A stretch of DNA of 64,000 nucleotides from a virus (lineage: Duplodnaviria > Caudoviricetes): positions 64,001 to 128,000 of IMG/VR virus record IMGVR_UViG_3300037067_027616; one strand, written 5' to 3'. Below the pieces are notes generated by a model, which searched no databases, had not been told where the DNA came from, and saw only the letters and a program-made list of their open reading frames with translations. Shown one piece after another: positions 54,711-64,000 of the stretch (within the stretch, counting starts at the first letter, position 1; every line of letters starts with the position of its first letter). The translations under genes were made by a program, and so were the position numbers.

Positions 54711-57318
54711 TAGCGGGATTCAGGTTTATTTATCCTGAATATAAAGCGTCCGTGGCTCTTGAGAAAAGGGCTTCATCATTGAGTACTTCGTGAGCGATGC
54801 GGGCAAGAGCGCACAGCAGGCCATCGTTTTCTCCGAGTCCCTTGTAATCATCAACATCGAATTCGCAGTCGGACAAGGCGGTTATCCAATTGGCGGGAGT
54901 CTGAATGTCCTTACCGGCGAGGCGTTCCTTTGCCCACTCGGATTGGTTGCCTTTTCCGTCTGCCATAGGGGGGAGTTCTGCATCCGTAGCTTCCGCCACG
55001 CTTCTGAATTCCTCGGACATCTTCATAGCCTTGTCCTTGAGGTAGGAGTAGGCACCGTCTATCATGCTCTCCAAGGACTTCCTGAGCTTATTCTTCACGG
55101 GATACCTCCAAGGTTCTACGGTAGGTTCTTTGTTACCAAGCGGGCAGGAGGGTCACCAAGAGGAGGGCTCCCGCCACCGTGGTTACAAGTACGGCGGCGA
55201 TGACCCCGAATACTATCCGGCCGAAGTTCGGGAAGTCACTCACAGGAGAAGTTCATGTTTGTTGAGTTCATCGTAGATCTTTGAGTGGAATTCCTCGGTG
55301 ACTTCACCCACAAGGTCAGACAAGGTGTCGGCGGATATGCCACTGTTCTTCTCGATAGTCTGGGTGAGAGCTTTAGTCATCCCCGGTATCTTCTGGTAGA
55401 ATACATCCATGGCATTCTTCACAGCAAATGCCGTGACTGTACCGGGATAATTTGTTTTAGTCATGGTGCTCCTTTACCAGGTGATGTATACGAGGCCCCT
55501 GAAGTCCTTGGGTAGAACCTCGAGCACCTTGCCCGCCACTTCCGAGGTGGCGTTCTCCAGGCTGTCCACGTCCACCACCAGCACACCATCGCCGGAGGCC
55601 GTGTAGTTGCAGCCATTCATCAAGTCATCCATGGACCCTGAGTCCATGGCGACATGCTGGATGGCTCCAATATCCAGGGCCTTCACAGACATGTATGAAT
55701 TCTTTTTTGCCATGGTCAGGCCCCCCTTCTGAGGTTGTCCCATTTGTCAATCTTCTTTACGATCCTCGATGGCAAAGAGTCCGCAAGACTCTCATCAGCC
55801 ATGATAGCCAACAGAGCATCTTCCGCAGACTTGAGCCGGTTTTTGGTCGTGTTGTTCTTTCCCATGGTCACGCCCCTTCGCTCTTCACGGTAGAGATGGC
55901 ATAGGTTTCTCCATCCTGCTCGACCCACACCGTGCCACACTGATGCTCGATAGGGGAACCCTCGTTGAGACCACCCTCTTCCGCTACTGCACGTCCCAAC
56001 TCTTCGTACCAATTCAACGCATTCTTTTCAGGCATGGTAAAGCCTCCTTATCCGTTCTGGTTCGCGGCGGCCCACTTGAACGCCGCACGTTTGGTACGGA
56101 AGTCCTCAAGCGCCTCGCCGGTGTCGCGGATGACCACGTATTTGGACAATCTCCACCTACGCCATCCCTTCCTGAGGTAGACATCCATCACTCCGAACGT
56201 CTTGACGGGTTCAATCACCACCCCGCCGAGGATTTCTTCGTGCATGATCAGTCCTCCCCCACCACATAATACTGTGCCCTGTGCCCTAACATACGCTGCA
56301 CCACAACTCCCCATTGGCGACTCTCATGCGAACTATACCACATATCCGACCCCTTGAACTGAAACCACATGCCGTTGTCGTCAATCGCCGACACCACCTT
56401 GTTCACAGTACCAGCACACGCGGCAACCTCACCACGCGGTGTGGAAGTAATACGTTGGAGCATAACCTTCTTGCCTACCTTGAACTTCATGGTGAAACCT
56501 CCTTCAGTTCATAACCAAATTGGGTTTCGGGTTGAACCTGTCCCATCTGTAGGTGTGGCTATCGCAAGTCATCTCACCAGTTGGGTTTTCAGGGTTGCCC
56601 CGATCCTTGTAGACACGGGCGACCCACCCTGAGAAACAAGCTCTCTGACGGTTCGTATTGAGCTTCGTGAACTTTCTCTTGATGACCTTCAACGCCGCAC
56701 CCTTTGTAGTCGTGGTGCCCTTGGCGAGCATGCGACCGGAGCCAATACTGACGAAGTATTCGTACTTTCTCATGGTCTCAATCCTCTGTGGGCCAGAACC
56801 CGTAGGCTTCGAGGTGTTCGGACACCATCGAAATGAAGTCCGCACCTTCGATATTTTTGTTCACGTTCAGGGACTCACCCGTGGGGTCGCCGTCCTCGTC
56901 CGTGTCCATGTCCAACAGCGTCGCCTCGGCGATAGCCAACAGGCACTGCCGGACATCCTTCTCCTTCGCCGTGCGGATGGCACGGGCGAGGTCCTTCGGG
57001 GTCTTGATGACAGCAATCTTCTTCTTGGTCATGATAGAGCCTCCCTTATTTGTACCAGAGGCCGAGCTTCTTCAGCGCAGCCTGTATGAAACCCTTGGAC
57101 ACATCCACATCGTCCTCAATGGCAGTCACCAACTCGGTGTGACCCTTGGCGGCAGGGAACTCACGAAGAGCTTCCGCAGGCACTCCGTCCGTGTCGTGGT
57201 CCACCACCACCGCCTCGATGGCGCGGTCAGCCACGATACCCACCACCAACCCATCCCGTACTTCGACGATCACTCTCGGTTTCTGCGACATACTCATTCC
57301 TCCTTCATTGTTACGGGT

Positions 57319-57347
57319 AATATACTAAAATAAAAACCGTTTGTCAA
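57319..57347 (-). promoter_or_regulatory. sigma70 promoter TTGACA-N17-TATATT
   Basis: Exact motif. Confidence 0.85.
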
Positions 57348-57811
57348 CAGGAATCTTGATGTTTTTTCGTCGGTGTGCTCAGGCGTTTCAGGAAAATCTC
57401 TTTTGCATCAGGTGTCTTCCATTTCCTGTTGACATGCTTCGGGAGTTCACGGTCAGGCATGAGCGCCACCCGTAGTTCCTCAAGGTATATACGGTCGGTG
57501 CTCCAGTGGGTATCGCAGTTCTTGAGCATCCCCTCCCACCAGAAATCATCACTCGACACCACAAGTTCCTCGCAATCCACGGATACGTCCACATCGTTCA
57601 GGTTTTCTTCATCATCTTCCTTCAAAAAGTCGGGGAGGTAATCGTAGTCGTGGATGTATGACACCCTTTCACGGCGCACCACGGCGGCCAGGTGAAGGAT
57701 GTGCCGTGCGAACCCCCTGCTTATCTCGATGCGTGCGTGGTCGAAGTCATCTGCGCAATCCGACCGTATGGAAGCCTCGATGACCTTCACCAAGACCGGC
57801 GTGCTCTTCAT
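57344..57811 (-). CDS. hypothetical protein with shared C-terminal tail
   Basis: AGGAGG RBS; DRELPKHV...IFLKRL. Confidence 0.65.
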   Translation of the reverse strand: MKSTPVLVKVIEASIRSDCADDFDHARIEISRGFARHILHLAAVVRRERVSYIHDYDYLPDFLKEDDEENLNDVDVSVDCEELVVSSDDFWWEGMLKNCDTHWSTDRIYLEELRVALMPDRELPKHVNRKWKTPDAKEIFLKRLSTPTKKHQDSC

Positions 57812-58746
57812 GGGACCTCCTTGCGAGGATGTACGGTATGACTTCGGTTAATCGGGCACCCAGACCCAGGAAGAGTCTTTCTCATCGTACTTGGGGATGT
57901 ATTCGGAGGTTGCGCGTTCCTTGTCCGTGAACCGGGTGGCACTGTCGATAGACCCCCAACCGTCCTCGTTGTTCCAGTACATCGGCTGGTCGTCGAACTT
58001 GTCCACACCACCTAAAATGACGTTCATGTTTCCTCCTGTCACCGGATCGCGACACCCCACACGATGTCGTGGATGACCTTGGTGTACCGGGCATCACCAC
58101 AACCGTTAGCGATGTCCCGTATGTCCCGCAATGCACATTCTCTGAAATACTTGACGTTGGCACCCACCTGTCGCCCGCGGAGCGGTTTGTACCGAGGTAG
58201 TTTGACACACGCCCCGCCGAGGTCCTTGCCATCGTAGGTGAGCATGTATCCGTTAGCGTTCGCCCTGTAACCGAGCTTCGTGGTGTCGATGAAGGACTCG
58301 GGCTGGAACTCAAGCGCGATTTCCTCAAGGGTGAGGTTGCATTTGGTTTTGATCCTCTTGAGGAGCGTGGGCAGATTCGGGGCATGCACCACAGGATATA
58401 GCGTATGAACTTCCTTCGGTTTCTGCACGCATGCTGCTGATATGTCACGCGGTCCGAAATTCAGGTTCACCTGAAACGTAGTGCGATTCATGCTGCTGCC
58501 TCCTTCACGTATAGGATTCCACTTGGACAGGCATACCCGCAACGATACATTGGAAAAGTTGGTCGCCTACCTTATCGTCATCGTAGCGATAAACGACTGC
58601 ATCTTTCTTGTCGGTCGCCGAGAACTTCCCATCCCACCCGATGTACAGGGTCTGGCCGTCTTTTACAACCTTGATGACCACACGGGAGTTTTTGCCACCG
58701 AAGGCTTCATCTGCCGCTACCTTCGCTGCGAAGGACTTGATTTCAC

Positions 58747-59148
58747 TTACGAGCATGACAGAGTCTCCTTCACGTAAGGTTTGTCCCACTGCCCGATGTT
58801 GATGTTGATGTACCAACCGACATCGAAGTGGTCGATCATTGGTTCACTATTGTCATGGTTGCCCTTGTCCATTACCTCCCGTAACTCCACCAAGCAATCT
58901 TTCGCCGCACCCGTGAACATCTCGTGGCACCAATAGGTATTGACTTGGATGTAACCGTCAAAGGTGATTCTTTTGCCCTTCCCCGTGGTGTTGTAGTTCC
59001 CGATGAAGTCTATGAGACCAGACTTGATAGAGACTACCAAGGTGCTGAGATGCTTGACGGACACGCTCCCCTTGACCCCATACTTCTTCAGTATGGCCTT
59101 GATCAAAGGTTCCTTGGACTTCTTATTCTCCTGGGACATGTAAGCCAT
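58747..59148 (-). CDS. phage hypothetical protein (polyvalent-protein-associated-like domain)
   Basis: DNSEPMIDHFDVGWY motif; GGAGG RBS. Confidence 0.65.
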   Translation of the reverse strand: MAYMSQENKKSKEPLIKAILKKYGVKGSVSVKHLSTLVVSIKSGLIDFIGNYNTTGKGKRITFDGYIQVNTYWCHEMFTGAAKDCLVELREVMDKGNHDNSEPMIDHFDVGWYININIGQWDKPYVKETLSCS

Positions 59149-59163
59149 GGTAGAACCTCCTGT

Positions 59164-59658
59164 TCAACCCATGAGGACGCGCACTTCGATGACGCGACCT
59201 TCCTCGTTTGTCTTGCCCCACACCTCATAGCAACCGTCACCGTACCCGCTGCTGAAAGCCACACCCGCTCCCTCGTGGCCCATTTTGAAAACCATCGACC
59301 CGCCGTTGCCGTCACGGGTGGCGTCGCAGCATCCCCGGTAGCTGAACTCTTTGACCTTCTCCTGCGGTAGAACCTCGATGAGTCTCTTGTCGCGGGCATC
59401 GTTGATGGACAGGCCACCCAGCAACTCTTGGGGGCTGTCATAGGTAGTGCCGTGGCCATTGAACTGCCATGTCCACCCGTTGAGGTCGGGGAACTCCTTC
59501 TTGCCTTTGGCGGACAGAACGAAAGTTTCGTATCCTGCGGGTTCCTTGTCCTGTTTCCACTCGCTGTCAATGTAACACGGGTCACACACCATAAGCTGTC
59601 CGCTGTCCACACCTACGCTACCGAGGAGCTTCCAATTATTTCCACGAGGTCTTGCCAT
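59164..59658 (-). CDS. DUF4241-like protein
   Basis: VGVDSGQLMVCDPCY ... SGYGDGCYEV. Confidence 0.7.
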   Translation of the reverse strand: MARPRGNNWKLLGSVGVDSGQLMVCDPCYIDSEWKQDKEPAGYETFVLSAKGKKEFPDLNGWTWQFNGHGTTYDSPQELLGGLSINDARDKRLIEVLPQEKVKEFSYRGCCDATRDGNGGSMVFKMGHEGAGVAFSSGYGDGCYEVWGKTNEEGRVIEVRVLMG

Positions 59659-59682
59659 GTTATACCTCCCTTTGATAGAAGG

Positions 59683-59711
59683 AATATACTAAAAGAATAT
59701 ACTATTGTCAA
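59683..59711 (-). promoter_or_regulatory. sigma70 promoter TTGACA-N17-TATATT
   Basis: Exact motif. Confidence 0.85.
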
Positions 59712-60503
59712 CAACTTTCTTCAGGTATTTCAGGGATGCGGGAGGTCAGAACAAATACTGAAGCAGGGACACCGCAAGGACAGCCGCTCCGACACCCACT
59801 GAAAGGCCCGTGCGAAAGTCCTTTTTCTTGGCAAGCACGTAGCAGGCTATGGTGCCCGCGCAAAATCCTATGGCTGTCCAGATGTAGGGAGTCATGCTGG
59901 TTTCCTTTCGAGCTGTTCGATTTCCTTGATGACCTTCTCTATCTCAGCACGCACCTTGGACTCCTGGTCCAGGAGAGCTGCCCGCCGGGCCTCAAGGTTC
60001 TTGCGTAAGTCCTCGACTCCCAGGCTGTGGCATTTCGGGCACTCCCTGGGGCGTTTGTCGAAGGCGTATCGGTCATACATGTGTATCCACTCTTCATGCC
60101 CGCACGCATCACAGTGGTAGACCGCGAACCATTTGTCGCGGGGGTCTTTACCTGTCCCCGTTTGGAACTCTCGTACGTAGACCATGTGGTGTCCTCACTT
60201 TCCGAGGGAGGCCGAGGATGTCTTCCAAGTCCACCCTCGGCAGGGTCAGCCTACGGACTCGGATACCATACTTCTTCGCCATCCGCAAAATCAACGTGTT
60301 CTTTGTCATTGCGCAAACTCACTCACGATAAAGTTGTCGAACTTTGACACGCACTTGCTTTGCTCTGTGTCAGCAAGCGCATCCATTAAGTTACCCAAAG
60401 CATCGTTTGACAACGCAGGTATTTCAGACGTGAGAATTTCTATCGCTCTCTCACGAGTGATACGCTGTGTGGATTTTATGCTCATCAGTTCCTCCTTGTT
60501 GGT

Positions 60504-60875
60504 TCAGTAGATGCCCATCATCCGTTGCTCTGCCCGCACCTCGGCGCGGTACTCCGACTCGGCTACCTGCCAGAGGCGTTCGCTCACCAACAGACGCTTC
60601 TGGGCATAGGTACATGCCGCCACGTCCGGCACGGCGACCACACGCTTCCCGTGACATTCGGGGCAGGGGATGTCGTACACGCCGGCGAAGTACTCTTCCT
60701 TGAAGTCCGGGTCCTCGGCGAAGGCGTTGGCGTCCAGGCCGTTCCCGTCCACGGCAGGATTTACGGTAGACCCTCGGCCCTCACACTGGGGACACACCTC
60801 ATATTTGCCCGGCAGCATGACCTCGATCTGATCAAAATCCGCCTTGATGTCGTGCAGCTTCATGGTTACGTTCAT
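60504..60875 (-). CDS. DnaJ-type zinc-ribbon protein
   Basis: CPQCEGRG ... CPECHGK. Confidence 0.7.
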   Translation of the reverse strand: MNVTMKLHDIKADFDQIEVMLPGKYEVCPQCEGRGSTVNPAVDGNGLDANAFAEDPDFKEEYFAGVYDIPCPECHGKRVVAVPDVAACTYAQKRLLVSERLWQVAESEYRAEVRAEQRMMGIY

Positions 60876-61926
60876 GTTAGTCCCCCTCATTTTATTCATC
60901 CTTTTTGGCTGCAAACCACAGCCGCCCACGGATCACTTCTCCAAGGTCTTTTGTTCTGAACATGTTAAACGAATCAGTAATCCGCATACAACTGCCCGTC
61001 TGGGCACGGGCTTCCTGTCGGGCCTTGTTGATTATCGCAAGGTCGGCTTCATCCAACACCCACGGCACCAGGCTACGGCCGTAGGCATGCTGGGCTTGTT
61101 CCAATGTCAGGTCGGTAGTCATCAGTAATCCTCCGGCTCGATGGGTTCATCGGCCTCGTATGCCCCGGTGAAAATCTCGGGACGGTATTTCGCTTTGACC
61201 TTCTTCTCACACCGCTCGCAGACGTAGGCTACGAAGATACCGTAGGCATCCGTCAACTCGTACCGCTCCTTGCCGGAGCCGCACTTGCACAGGTCACGGT
61301 CGTCATCAGCGATCCTGGCGTCCATCTCGGCACGTACTGCCTGCTGTTCGGAAGGGGTCATGGTATTACTCCTATCGGTTCATGATGGCCGCACGCTCGC
61401 GGCGCTCATCGTTGACTGTGTTCCAGAAACGATCCTTGCAGTTGCCCGGCCCCTTGCGGCGGCAGAAGACGTGGCTTGCGGTCAGCTTACGAAAGGAACG
61501 GCCACACACCGGGCAAATCACCACCATGCCCGCCATGGCCCATTTGTTCCTATCCCAAACGTCCAACAACCTGTCGCGCTCCATCTCCCGCTCGACCTCT
61601 GCGGCCTCGTAGGCTTCCTCGATGCCATCCAGCCCGCCGTGTCCTTCATCACTCATACGCGACCTCCTGTCAGCACCCGAAGTATATCGCCGGGTTCCTT
61701 GTCTGAAGCATACAAAGTTTCTCCAACTTGGACGGTGGCTTCGGTGCTCGGTTTTCTTCATAGTAAAAGTATGCCCACCCGTCCCCGTGTGTCCTCTCGC
61801 TGCTGCAACATGCCTGCGCCTGCTCAAGCGTCAACCCGGAAGCAATACGCTTGTTGTGATCCGGGTGACTCATATCGAAATGTTTGCAAACGATCTTGTA
61901 TGTTGCCATGGGTGTCCCCCTATCAG

Positions 61927-62244
61927 TTACAAAGTCTTCCACCCTGTCGGAGCGCAGATGCGAAGCGTGCCATCACTCTTCTCCACCACGTCACCTACGG
62001 AAGTGGAACGATGGTCGGTCCCCCCGATGGGTCTGACCCCGGCGTTGCCCACCCACGCCTGCTCGATGGAGTTGGTCATGAGGAAAGCGTATTCCTCTTG
62101 GCTGCCGTTGTTGCCGGCGGGTACGTCATAGATTTCGGCGACCAACTTGTAGTCACCGTCAGCCCACGCACGCCGATGCTCGACGAGGTTGTCTTCGGTG
62201 TACAGCAGGAACGTAGGATTCTTGCGGTGATAAACCTTGATCAT
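61927..62244 (-). CDS. YodL-like domain protein
   Basis: RSTSVGDVV motif. Confidence 0.6.
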   Translation of the reverse strand: MIKVYHRKNPTFLLYTEDNLVEHRRAWADGDYKLVAEIYDVPAGNNGSQEEYAFLMTNSIEQAWVGNAGVRPIGGTDHRSTSVGDVVEKSDGTLRICAPTGWKTL

Positions 62245-62427
62245 TGCTAACCCCTTTTCTGTGGTTCCTTGTACGTGGCGGCCTTTTCCTTCAGCACCAA
62301 CCCCGTACCGTTGCAGAACGTACAACTCTCGGCCTCTTCCTTCAGGGAGGAGCCGTACCCGTTACAGTGAGGACATTCGGTAAGTCCATGCGCCGCCGGG
62401 TTTTGCATCTCTTCGATGGTGAGCATA

Positions 62428-63198
62428 TCAATCATCCTCCAGCCAGAGAAATGTTTTTTCCGTGGCAAGTAATCCGTACCGTCCGTTACCGTGTTTCGGA
62501 AACTCCGATGAGTACCAGACGTAAGGCATACCCGGACGGTGTTCCACCTTGATGTCCCGACCCGATGCCCGCCATGCGTTCTCGTAAACCGTCAGGTAGT
62601 GGTACACAGAACCATCTTCATTTTTGTTCTCGGTGTAGTGTATGTTCGGGGTGCCATCCAACCCCACGTACCTCTCAAGAAATCTCTCGACCACACCCCG
62701 ACCCTTGCGACCGATGGTATGAAAGTCTGTGGGCTTGTACTTCCCGCCATGCTGTCCGCTCGTGCCTGCCCAAAGGTTTTGTATCTCCGTCTCGGTAATG
62801 AAACGGCGGTCAAACCTCTTGGCGAACTGCTCATAGCCTTTGAAACTCTTTGCCCGCGCCACATCCACAAGGCTGTATCCTACAACCCTGTCCAAGAACC
62901 GATACCCTGCATAGAAGCCGGACAGGGTGCCATGCTCGGACTTGTGGTATGCATAACAAAAGGAGTCGTTTGTTTTGTCCTTGAAGAACCCGGAGAACAT
63001 GTGCTTGTCGGTCACCTTGCGGCGATACCGGTTCACGTGAACCTCGACCGGCTCGCTGAACCTCAACTCGAATCGCCAAAGGCGCCCCAAGGTGAGGAGG
63101 TCCTCTTCCAGGCTGCCCGTCCCGGCAAGGATCTTGCGTACAGCCTCGCCGCGCGCCCCCGTCTCCGCCGCGAAGAGCGCGATGTTATCAGGCAACAT
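62428..63198 (-). CDS. hypothetical protein
   Basis: GGAGGTGA RBS, 256 aa. Confidence 0.7.
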   Translation of the reverse strand: MLPDNIALFAAETGARGEAVRKILAGTGSLEEDLLTLGRLWRFELRFSEPVEVHVNRYRRKVTDKHMFSGFFKDKTNDSFCYAYHKSEHGTLSGFYAGYRFLDRVVGYSLVDVARAKSFKGYEQFAKRFDRRFITETEIQNLWAGTSGQHGGKYKPTDFHTIGRKGRGVVERFLERYVGLDGTPNIHYTENKNEDGSVYHYLTVYENAWRASGRDIKVEHRPGMPYVWYSSEFPKHGNGRYGLLATEKTFLWLEDD

Positions 63199-63201
63199 GC
63201 T

Positions 63202-63717
63202 TCACCTCCCGGTTACTTTTTCCCTGTGGGCCGCATACCCTTTGCGGATGATTTCACTGAAGCGATGTTTGAATACCGTTTCCGGGGGCAGATTCTTAAC
63301 CTTTATGAACTCGACAGGCTCGCCCTCGCCGCCCTTGTAGGGGGCCATAACAATGTCCTCGTGGTCATTTGTCACCGACACACCGAAGACGACGATGCAC
63401 TCCGTCCTCATGGACTTCGGGTACGTCAGCGGGGCTTCGGTGGCGTCAATGTCCTCGGGTTTGGTGTCGGAAGGCAAACTTCTGAACGCCGCATCCCACA
63501 CCATAGCCACGTAGTCACCCTCGAAGAGACTCGCCGCAATCCCTGCGGCATAAGCGTTTATGCCTTTGCTGTCATTACACTCATTAGCTTCATAAGAGAG
63601 GGGCATTATTTTGACCAACTGCCCCGCCTTGAAGATGAAAGAGACGGGGTATATGTAACCGTCGTTGACCAAGTTCTGCTTCGCCGCTTCAAGTATCTTC
63701 TCAAGAGCCTTACGCAT
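63202..63717 (-). CDS. hypothetical protein
   Basis: GGAGG RBS. Confidence 0.7.
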   Translation of the reverse strand: MRKALEKILEAAKQNLVNDGYIYPVSFIFKAGQLVKIMPLSYEANECNDSKGINAYAAGIAASLFEGDYVAMVWDAAFRSLPSDTKPEDIDATEAPLTYPKSMRTECIVVFGVSVTNDHEDIVMAPYKGGEGEPVEFIKVKNLPPETVFKHRFSEIIRKGYAAHREKVTGR

Positions 63718-63729
63718 GACGGCCTCCCG

Positions 63730-63972
63730 TCAGTATTCGCTGGGGAAAAGGAATGTCCCTACGTAGTGGCTCCCGTAGTCATCGAGCTTCAGCCAAAAGG
63801 TATCCGTGGGGAGCGACTCGAACGAACTGATGATGGTCTTTTCATCCAACTTGGAATCGTTGTTGAGGAAGTACCCGGCACTCCGTATTTGCATGGTGTC
63901 GTCCTTCACCTCGAACACCAACATATCCACGGCGTGTTTCTGCAACGCCTTCAGAGCCTCGTGGATGTACAT
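63730..63972 (-). CDS. hypothetical protein
   Basis: Ends TFLFPSEY; RBS present. Confidence 0.6.
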   Translation of the reverse strand: MYIHEALKALQKHAVDMLVFEVKDDTMQIRSAGYFLNNDSKLDEKTIISSFESLPTDTFWLKLDDYGSHYVGTFLFPSEY

Positions 63973-64000
63973 GGTACCCTCTATCCCGCCGAACTTCTCC

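Noticed and set aside
1-64000. Integron integrase, transposase, reverse transcriptase or Cas gene
   Set aside because: No R-H-R-H-Y tyrosine recombinase, DDE, YxDD or Cas motifs were recognised in the translated ORFs. A very divergent enzyme cannot be excluded without HMM searches.
1-64000. Stop-codon reassignment
   Set aside because: Recognisable genes are full length in the standard code, and TAA, TAG and TGA all occur as stops followed by the next gene.

Overview
This window looks like part of a large (jumbo-type) dsDNA phage genome, probably its accessory/early region. Nearly all plausible genes are on the - strand, most are small hypotheticals, and about 15 near-identical sigma70-type promoters (TTGACA-N17-TATATT) punctuate it. 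No structural genes and no integrase are visible. Recognisable genes include an RpoD/RpoS-family sigma factor (partial), a WGR-PARP, an NDT-like protein, a MazG-like pyrophosphatase, a metallophosphoesterase, Hsp20 (with a sigma54-type promoter), an M42 peptidase, an SLT transglycosylase, an FtsK motor domain, a WGR-ATP-dependent DNA ligase and a MoxR/VWA pair. The main finding is a ~6 kb integron-like gene-cassette array at 8.9-14.8 kb. It has 13 clear attC-like hairpins of non-canonical geometry. In most cassettes the 5' GTT-end is complementary to that same cassette's 3' AAC-end, the signature of insertion as circles. The ORFs are translated through the recombination hairpins, sites decay with distance from a putative attI at ~14781, and two cassettes have fused in frame. 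Other unusual features: a tandem array of five MNQA-leader Ser/Arg-alternating peptides next to a repeat-rich non-coding segment at a GC-skew inversion (candidate origin or terminus), a family of palindromic sites clustered around it, a tRNA-Ala-like RNA with two T-arms, and a shared C-terminal tail on unrelated proteins. All calls are from reading the sequence by eye; no database searches were run.
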